The position numbers and the translations under genes were made by a program. A DNA stretch of 17,402 nt from Octopus sinensis (Eukaryota), in NCBI RefSeq assembly GCF_006345805.1, contig NW_021824817.1, forward strand, positions 1-17,402, written 5' to 3'. The notes beneath the pieces were generated by a model. That model made no database searches, had not been told where the DNA came from, and was given only the letters and a program-made list of their open reading frames with translations. Below, one piece after another: positions 9,459-17,402 of the stretch. Position 1 is the first letter of the stretch. Each line of letters starts with the position of its first letter.

Positions 9459-9845
9459 TTTTATTCTTTTAGTCTTTTATTTGTTTCAGTCATGGAGCAC
9501 GACATTTAGTCGAATAAATCGACCTCAGGACTTATTCTTTGTTAGCCTGGTACTTATTCTATCGGTCTCTTTTGCCGAACCGCTAAGATACGGGGGCGTA
9601 AACACACCAAGATCGATTGTCAAGCGATGGTGGGGGAGACACAGACACAAATAACAAACACACATATGCATATATACATATGCGATGGGCTTCTTTCAGT
9701 TTCCGTTTACCAAATCCACTCACAAGACTTTAATCGGGCCGAGGCTAAAGTAGAAGACACTTGCTCAAGGTGTCATGCAGTGGGACTGAATCAAGAACCA
9801 TGTGGTTAGGAAGCAAGCTTCTTACTACACAGCCATTCCTGCGCC
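9459..9845 (-). mobile_element. Near full-length tRNA-derived SINE, family A
   Basis: Minus strand: GGCGCAGGAATGGCTGTGTAG head (homologous to 3090-3253), short microsatellite linker (9655-9682), then 3' half homologous to 3855-4088. Confidence 0.9.
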
Positions 9846-9884
9846 TCTTTAATCTTTTATCTTTAATTTGATGGCTTTTATTTT

Positions 9885-10110
9885 TTAGATTTTGCTTGTT
9901 TCAGTCATTGGACTGCGGCCATGTTGCAGCACCGCTTTGAAATGTTGTAGTCGAACAAATGGATCCCGGTATGAACTTTTTTGAAACCCTGGTAGTTATT
10001 CTATAGTTTTTTTTGCTTCTTTTCACCAAATTGCTAAGTTACAGGGAAGTAAACGAACTAACACCGTTGTGAAGCGTGGGTCAGGGAACAAACAAATACA
10101 CGCACACTCA
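9885..10110 (-). mobile_element. Diverged SINE family A 3' half
   Basis: TTGTTTCAGTCATTGGACTGCGGCCATG...GCTAAGTTACAGGGAAGTAAAC aligns with 3887-4030. Confidence 0.75.
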
Positions 10111-10182
10111 CGTTGATATGTAAATATATATATGTATATGTTTGTACACACACACACAAGCGCACGCACGCACACATATATG

Positions 10183-10322
<140 letters not shown>

Positions 10323-10793
10323 CAATTTCGCTGCTTTAGAAGCGCTGAGATGTATTGGAAAATAGAGATAAGGAAATAATTTTATTCTCAAACGTAGGAT
10401 AATGCTAATAATATAGCATGAACAGGATAACCTATCCACATTTCGCTGTCGGCGGCCACCCTTGAGACTCGAACCCACATCCCTGTCGTTGGGTCAGTTT
10501 AGCTTAATGAAAGGAATTACAACCGTGTTTCGTGGTCTGCTACCACAACAGCTCCTTTATAGGATCCAGTTAGCTCAAGACATCATCAGGAGGAACCACG
10601 TCCGGTTTTGGCTCCTACTCCTCTACCGTTTTTACGTGGCGGGACCCCCCCACCCTTTCGGAGGTGTCTTCAGCTCTGGTGTTGGGTACATGTCTTCTTC
10701 TTTCTTCTGTTCCCTGGCCACTTCGATGTATCGTCAGCCGGTGACTGACTGTCTTGTCAATTTTCTCCCTTTAAATACCTGCCGCATAGACTC

Positions 10794-11006
10794 CAGCAGG
10801 CAGCCCCAGCAAGTTGTCACGTGACACTGTCTCACCTTAACTGACTAGTGAAGGCGCGTAGTTTTAGCCCGCGCTTTTTCTAAACGACGGTCATCTGACA
10901 GCAGGCAGCCTCGGCAAGTTGTCATGTGACACTGTCTCACCTTAACTGACTAGTGAAGGAGCGTAGTTTTATCCCGCGCTTTTTCTAAACGACCGTCACC
11001 TGTCAG
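10794..11006. repeat. Two-copy 105-bp tandem repeat just downstream of the HERO-like ORF stop
   Basis: Units start at CAGCAGGCAGCC 10794 and 10899; high identity with scattered substitutions. Confidence 0.95.
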
Positions 11007-11029
11007 TCAGCTTGCCTTACCTAATGATG

Positions 11030-11815
11030 TTATTTCCCGTCAGCGTGTTTATGACTTTCAAGCCATTTTCGGTCTTCCCGCTTCAGCCATATATAGAAGC
11101 TGGCTTTTTCGACCGCCTCCAGCACTCTCCTTATTAGTTTACGCAGCTCGGGGCTAGAAAAAACAAATCTTCTTTTGAAAAGCGTTGTCATTTTCTTTTC
11201 AATGAAGCCTCTAGCCCCCACTGCCAGGTGATAATATTCGACATTCCATCCCTGTTCTCTGCATTCTTCGATTAGCTTTTCATACCTCTTCTCCTTTCGC
11301 TCCTCTTCGTTGCCGATGTTCTCTTCCCAAGGTACTGTCAGTTCTAGTAAAATTCCCATACTCCGGTCTCTGTTCCATAGAACTAAATCCGGTCTTTTTG
11401 TTGTTTTTATTAGTGGAAATACTACTTGTCTTTCCAAAGTATACTTTCCTGCGCTTTTCTACTTTTGGGTACTCTCCCCTATTGTACCTCTAGATCTTCT
11501 CCTTGAGTGCTGCGCTTATTACACCGAGGACTTGATTATGCCGCCATGTATATCTTTCAAGTGCTAGTCTGCAACTTGACAGAACATGTCTAACCGTCGC
11601 TTTCTCTCCGCATCTACACTCATCGGTTTTGTTTATGTTTCACCGGACTAAGTTCGCCGGTGAGGGTAGAACGTCGAATGTAGACTTAATGAGGAAGGAT
11701 GATCTTGCTTGTTCCCAAGCCCAAAGTTCCTTCCATGATATTCTGCGGTTGATCACATATTCTTCCCATCTCAGGCACTGTCCCTGTTGACTGCATTGCA
11801 CCAAATGTACATTTC
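11030..11815 (-). pseudogene. 5'-truncated HERO-like (RLE-type) non-LTR retrotransposon ORF: post-RT region, CCHC knuckle and restriction-like endonuclease
   Basis: QQGQCLRWE..ISWKELW..SFLIKSTFDVLPSPANLVR*; read-through gives CRCGEKATVRHVLSSC..RYTWRHNQVL; after a stop and frameshift KRPDLVLW..LLELTVPWEE..RKEKRY..VGARGF (PD..ExxxP RLE signature). Confidence 0.9.
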
Positions 11816-12168
11816 GCACAAGGCGCGTAATCACAGGGATGTTCAAGTCTCATGGTTGGTTGTAGGAAAAGGGACGTAACTAGGAAAAGGTAATTGTGTA
11901 ACAGAGAAAAAATAAGGTAGAAAACGATACAAATAAGAATTGGATGAAAAGGAGAGAAAAATAAAATATATAAAATTATTAGGTTATACACGTGAAAGTA
12001 AATATATGCAGGTATAGAGCTAGAAAAAGTTAGTTTAAGTGCAATTTATGGAAATATGACGAAAAGTAAGAATATATAATTGAAATAGCGAAACCAAGTT
12101 AAGTACAGATCAAGAACGCCATACAAAGCATCACTTAAAAAATACAAAGAATATACACAGCTCCATGT

Positions 12169-12171
<3 letters not shown>

Positions 12172-12216
<45 letters not shown>

Positions 12217-12608
12217 TATGACAGGTGGGTTTGTTTGACTATGACGTAAATATTACAGATATTAAAACGTGTTAAAAATACATTTGAATATAAACATATG
12301 CACATACTCATATACATGAATATAGGTATGTGGACATATTTTTATATTTACATATACACAGACACACAGATATGTGTTTGCAGGCAATATCTTATACACA
12401 CATATGCGTTAATGCAAACATGTTACATAGAAGTATGTATATATAAATACACATATAGATATACATATACATATACAAAGACAGTCACATATATGTACAC
12501 ACGTATATAAAATATCATATGTATATATATATATGCACATAAATATGTATATATATGTGTGTATATATACATATATATGTATGCGTATGTTTGTGCGTGT
12601 ATGTATGC

Positions 12609-12642
<34 letters not shown>

Positions 12643-12752
12643 TTTGTGCGTGTGTGTGTATATGTAAACGCATGCATACATACAACACCTATATATATAT
12701 AGGCATATGATATAGTCTACAAGTATGTCTACGTGCTTCTGTTTGTATATAT

Positions 12753-12825
<73 letters not shown>

Positions 12826-12900
12826 TATATTATTTATAAGTAGTGGGCATATATGTGTGTTTGTGCGTGTGTGTGTATATGTAAATGCATGCATATGTTT
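12172..12900. repeat. Compound (TA)/(TG) low-complexity tract with internal direct duplication
   Basis: 12631-12678 is repeated at 12851-12897. Confidence 0.85.
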
Positions 12901-13000
12901 TCACTGAAGTATATATTAATGTTTTTCCATAAATACTTTTAGATATTTGAATGTGTAACTTTACAATCAAACCCATCCCTGTCATATATACATGTATGTA

Positions 13001-13149
<149 letters not shown>

Positions 13150-13150
13150 C

Positions 13151-13540
13151 TACAATTGTTAAACAGGACAGCAAAACATTAAGGCAAGGCAAACATCTTA
13201 AGTCATTTACAATATTATGATAGAAAGAAATTTAAAATCTCACAACCTTTTCTGGGTATCCCGAGACAAATAGGGGCAAAAATAAGGAAAATGAGAATGG
13301 TATATATTAATAAGATGACGACATAGAGGAAGAGAATAAAAGAAAAAGGAGATGGAAAGAAAGAAGAAAAAAGGAGCATAAAGGTTCATAGTTCAACTTT
13401 CCGCAGTTATAGAAACCAGTGCATGAGTCCTTTGGTGCAATCGTGCGTAGATCTATGTAGGATATTTCTTCCTATACTAATATCTGACTTGAGATATTTG
13501 CTTTGCCTTAATGTTTGCTGTCCTCTTTTACAATTATATA
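13151..13540. repeat. Unit bounded by ~80-bp imperfect inverted repeats (MITE-like or head-to-head element ends)
   Basis: 13151-13233 TACAATTGTTAAACAGGACAGCAAAACATTAAGGCAAGGCAAACATCTTAAGTCA vs reverse complement of 13462-13540 TATAATTGTAAAAGAGGACAGCAAACATTAAGGCAAAGCAAATATCTCAAGTCA. Confidence 0.75.
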
Positions 13541-13684
13541 TCTGCTGCATCAGAAATCTGCAATGGCTCCATATCTACCATCTCGGCTATAATCTTGGAG
13601 CCCCAGTAATCCGCTACAGCACTTACCTAGTGTACCTAATCGATAAGATCACTATGTAGTAAGCTGCCATAATTTGTATATTAT

Positions 13685-13734
<50 letters not shown>

Positions 13735-13740
13735 GTGTAT

Positions 13741-13771
<31 letters not shown>

Positions 13772-14034
13772 GTATGCATCATTATACATTCTTAGGGTGA
13801 TTTACTCTTAAGTGTCCCTAATCTGTACATGAATTTGTTTCCCTACTTTAATTATAGCTTGCTACATATCATATTTTATATATTTGCTCTTCAACCCACC
13901 TTTTCTTGAAGTATGCATGCATACACTGGCATCTACACTCTTATATATATTTACAGTTGTATTTATTTCAGCTTTTTATTCCTTTTTTCACAATTTTTTT
14001 TTATTTTCTTTCCATATTTTCGGCTTGAACACGA

Positions 14035-14229
14035 GGCGGCGAGCTCGCAGAACCGTTAGTGTGCCGGACAAAATGCTTAGCGGGTTTTGGACTGGATTAA
14101 CGTTCTGAGCTCAAGAACCGAGGAAATCAACCTTGGCTTTCATCTTTTCGGGGTCAATGAAATAAGTAAAAGTCAAGTACTGGCGTCGATGCAATCGACT
14201 GGCGTTCGCCCCCACAAATTTCTGGTCTA
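14035..14229 (+). mobile_element. tRNA-derived SINE, family B (Meta-domain-like central block)
   Basis: GGCGGCGAGCTCGCAGAA head, decayed B box GAGCTCAAG, central GCTTTCATCTTTTCGGGGTCAATGAAATAAGTA resembling the conserved block of Meta/Sauria-type SINEs. Confidence 0.7.
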
Positions 14230-14340
14230 AAAGATTTTCTTCTTGTGTACATATTTCTCGTCTTAGTTATACCTCTTTTCGTACGAACTATGAAATATTT
14301 CGCATACCATAGTTTCGTAGTAATTGAAGCGCATGTTATC

Positions 14341-14525
14341 ATTATAATTATTATTATTATTATTGAGTTAGAGAGCAGGGCATGCCATCAAAGTGACATT
14401 GGGATAAAATATACGAAGCCCAGTATATCCATCATGACTACCCGTCTGATAAGGGGACACCAGGCACATGCATCACAACAATATGTGCGCAACATAGTGG
14501 TCTCATATCAAGATAAGTAGCGCAT
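14341..14525 (-). mobile_element. (AAT)n-tailed repeat, copy 3
   Basis: 14365-14525 is the reverse complement of 270-431; (ATT)n tail at 14341-14364. Confidence 0.85.
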
Positions 14526-14733
14526 ACAAACATACATACATACATACATACATACATACATACATACATACATACATACTTACATGCATGCATGCATACA
14601 TACATACATACATACATACGTACGTACATACATACATACATACATACATACATACATACATACATGCATGCATGCATACATACATACATACATACACATA
14701 CATACATACATACATACATACATACATACATAC
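14524..14733. repeat. (TACA)n microsatellite
   Basis: Direct reading. Confidence 0.97.
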
Positions 14734-14827
14734 AGGAACGTTGGATCTAAGTTAGAAAGCAGTTCTTTGTCTACTGGCAAAAACTCTTGAAATAACCTGA
14801 ATAATGACACATACATACATACACACA

Positions 14828-14933
14828 CTAAATTTACTCGTGTATAAGCCGCACAATTGTATACTAGATGTTAAATGCAAAGGAAAGGAAAAGGAATAAA
14901 AATGGATTGCGACTTAAACACCAGCATATAAGG
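14828..14933. mobile_element. ~106-bp Tc2/pogo-type MITE
   Basis: Left CTAAATTTACTCGTGTATAAGCCGCA vs right TGCGACTTAAACACCAGCATATAAGG followed by TA; decayed TIRs of the CCGTATTT.. type. Confidence 0.6.
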
Positions 14934-15019
14934 TAAATTCTCTATTCTACAAGCTGAGTTATTTGTTTTTATTGTCCCACATTTCGAAGAGTATTGTTTT
15001 AAAAATTAAATTAACTCCC

Positions 15020-15176
15020 TAAATTTACATTATTTACATTTGACGTATATTTATCCTCATCTTGTTTGTTGTTAACACAACGTTTCGGCTGATATACCCT
15101 CCAGCCTTCATCAGGTGTCTTGGAGGAAATTTCGAACCTGGGGGTCTCATTCTTAAGGTATTTTTCGATGTTATTA

Positions 15177-15226
<50 letters not shown>

Positions 15227-15293
15227 GTTGTTGTTGTTGTTGGTGTTGTTGTTGTTGTTGTTGTTGTTGTTCAGGTCACTGCCTGGAATCGAA
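15020..15293 (-). mobile_element. SINE-like element: B-box remnant + (AAC)/(AAT) microsatellite + hammerhead-bearing 3' part
   Basis: Minus strand: TTCGATTCCAGGCAGTGACC (tRNA T-arm/B-box-like), (AAC)n(AAT)n at 15170-15271, then the hammerhead and a short AATGTAAAT repeat terminus. Confidence 0.55.
15074..15119 (-). ncRNA. Minimal type I hammerhead ribozyme motif, intact core
   Basis: Minus strand: GACAC-CTGATGA-A-GGCTG(GAGGGTATAT)CAGCC-GAAAC-GTT-GTGTT; stem I GACAC/GTGTT, stem II GGCTG/CAGCC, palindromic AACGTT stem III, NUH = GUU. Confidence 0.85.
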
Positions 15294-15304
15294 TAATAAT
15301 TATA

Positions 15305-15391
15305 TTCGTCACAAACTTTATATAACATATCGAAGATCTCAGTAGAAGAGTTGCTGAGCTTCATGCAAAATTTGATGTAGACACGTTATTC
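15305..15391 (-). pseudogene. mariner transposase N-terminal (HTH) fragment
   Basis: Translates E*RVYIKFCMKLSNSSTEIFDMLYKVCDE, matching the EQRxxIKFCxKLGxSxTETxxML start of mariner transposases. Confidence 0.7.
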
Positions 15392-15821
15392 GAATTTGGA
15401 TAAATCACAGAGCTAATCTAACACAATGGTACAAAACCTCACGTAAACTGAACTCGAAGGAGATAACGAAAAAAAGAAAAAAACAACCTTTAACTGATAA
15501 ACTCAATAAAAGATTGCAGATGATTGTGAAACATCAGCTGGTTTCTGTTGGTTAGTACAAACACATGTGTAGTCTGGAGGCTTTTTCAAAACAATTTGTG
15601 TATTTGCACCGAACAAGGCTTCAGCAATGAATATCGACCTGTTGCACATGACAGCAACAACAAAGTAAACAAAAGAACGTAAACAAAGACGCACTCCACT
15701 CCACAAACAAGACAAAAGTAAATAAATAAAACCAGTAGGTCACAGCTGGAATGTCCTCGAAAATAGGTCTGCTCAATCTGGGCTCAGCTGGTGTTGCGTG
15801 CGCATCTTCTTTATCGTATAT

Positions 15822-15910
15822 CTTTCACTTAATTCAATCATTGGGCTGCAGCCGTGCTGGGACACAACCTTGAAGGGTTTTAATCGAACAAATAGACATC
15901 AGGACTTAAT
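15822..15910 (-). mobile_element. Diverged SINE family A 3' tail fragment
   Basis: TCAATCATTGGGCTGCAGCCGTGCTGGGACAC..TCGAACAAATAGACATCAGGACTTA. Confidence 0.65.
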
Positions 15911-16073
15911 ATTTTAAGGCAAAAACTAGCAAAGCAAGGCACAAAGATGCCTCCCACTAATATTTTCATCAAATGAATAATGTAAACAATTCTGAACAAC
16001 TCTCAAAAGAACGGAACATTAACAAGCTCCCTTCACAAATTCAAAATTGAACAGGTCTTATATATGCACCATG

Positions 16074-16121
<48 letters not shown>

Positions 16122-16182
16122 ATATAAATTAGAGATAAAACCACTATTATGCAACTCAAACAGTGATAGACATAAACCAAAA

Positions 16183-16291
16183 CATAATAACAAATAATAT
16201 ATATTTTTATAAAACATATAACTAGATCTCAAAAAGTATAAAAATGAATGATCAATATATAAGTAACAACAACAACAACAACAACAACAAC

Positions 16292-16326
<35 letters not shown>

Positions 16327-16421
16327 GTACTTATTACTTATTATATATTGATCATTCATTTTTATACTTTTTGAGATCTAGTTATATGTTTTATAAAAAT
16401 ATATGTTATTTGTTATTTATG
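16183..16421. repeat. Near-perfect inverted duplication around an (AAC)n(AAT)n tract
   Basis: 16199-16262 is the exact reverse complement of 16341-16404; extends with one mismatch to 16186/16417. Confidence 0.95.
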
Positions 16422-17402
16422 CTCTCAAGCAACTATGCCGTCCTGGGTCAACCTTGAGCGACTTCAACACAACCAAAGCATTCTATAGGGAATTAGTGGA
16501 GGGGAGGTACAACGATCTCAGGGCGAACCTGGGCGTTAACCTGGAATATCTGACCCGCCTGTTCAAGACGACTTTCGGGCCGGGACCTATGTACAACTTC
16601 CAGAGATTCCTGGCCTGGCAGTGCTATCGAGAAGCGCTACCCGTTCGGGATAAACTCTACAGGCACGGCTCGAGAAACACGGGGCCGACCTGTCCGAGAT
16701 GCGGTCAGAGCGACGAAAACGTCCTGCACGCACCATTTCCAACCTGTGGGCCCATGTCGATCGACTGCTATCGCGTGTGGGACGAGTCGGTTTATCAACC
16801 GGGTCTATCGTGAATATTTTCGCGCCTCCTTCCTTGAAAGGGGAAGGAAGAGCCATTTTCATTGTACTTGTGGCTATGGCGAAGGAACGTGTATGGTGGA
16901 CGTGTCTGAAAGGTCTAGAGACAAACGCTTTCCTCTCTGATCAATCTCTCAGCAACTTCTTCAAGTATCACTTGAAGAGGAAGTTGAGAGTAGAGAGGGA
17001 AGTTTTGTCTAAGTGAATGTTTCAAAGAAAGATGGGTGAATGTAGCAAGGATTACACGTTGAATGACGGAGCCAGCTTGAGCATAATCCTAAGAACCAAA
17101 AAAAAAGAAAGAAAAAAAAAACGAAGGAAAAAAGAGAGCCACTTACTGTAATGTGTTTTGTTTTTGCATGACACTATTGCCCAAGGTGCCCGTGGTCTTT
17201 TCCGTAGGCTTTTCTATCCACAGACAAACCAACTCTGTTTTCCCTTTTTACATTGACATTTCTGTGATACACGATCCCTATTGATCGGCCCCACTTTTTT
17301 TTCACGATCCCTTTTGACAGGAATTCGCCCCCTATTTTTTGTTTTCTTTTCACGATCCCTTTTGATCGGAATTCGCCTCCTTTTTTCCCTTTCTCTTCTT
17401 CC
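16422..17402 (+). pseudogene. 5'-truncated Tx1/L1-type non-LTR retrotransposon: ORF2 C-terminus (zf-RVT) and 3' UTR
   Basis: TKAFYRELV..LAWQCYREALPVRDKL..CPRCGQSDENVLHA, frameshifting deletion near 16730 removes the last Cys, continues TISNLWAHV..AKERVW..; T-rich 3' UTR with repeated CACGATCCC units. Confidence 0.85.

Noticed and set aside
10430-10510. tRNA gene on the minus strand
   Set aside because: Only a T-arm/B-box-like stretch; no D arm, anticodon arm or acceptor stem
10462-10824. 120-aa ORF on the plus strand
   Set aside because: Non-ATG start, antisense to the retroelement 3' region, no domain similarity evident
10794-11006. Twister or HDV-like ribozyme in the 105-bp unit
   Set aside because: AAGCGCGGGATAAAA is only superficially twister-like; required pseudoknots and conserved residues could not be placed

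Overview
AT-rich, microsatellite-saturated eukaryotic non-coding DNA with no intact host gene. The SINE families and repeat landscape resemble a coleoid cephalopod (Octopus-like) genome; that assignment is inference. Almost all listed ORFs are microsatellite artefacts. Real coding signal is limited to decayed transposon pieces: an R4/Dong-type RLE fragment (859-963), an internally deleted maT/Tc1-mariner (7438-8044), a 5'-truncated HERO-like RLE retrotransposon (11030-11815, minus), a mariner N-terminal fragment (15305-15391, minus) and a Tx1/L1-type ORF2 3' end (16422-17402). Also present are several tRNA-derived SINE copies, a non-autonomous Helitron and a small TA-flanked MITE. The most notable unannotated signal is a dense set of type I hammerhead-ribozyme-like motifs of the Penelope-like-element kind with short palindromic stem III. 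One has an intact core (15074-15119), one is a compact variant (4426-4461), two have stem II expanded to ~90 nt (5364-5482, 6361-6477), and others are more degenerate. Local inverted duplications recur, two of them at retrotransposon 5' junctions.
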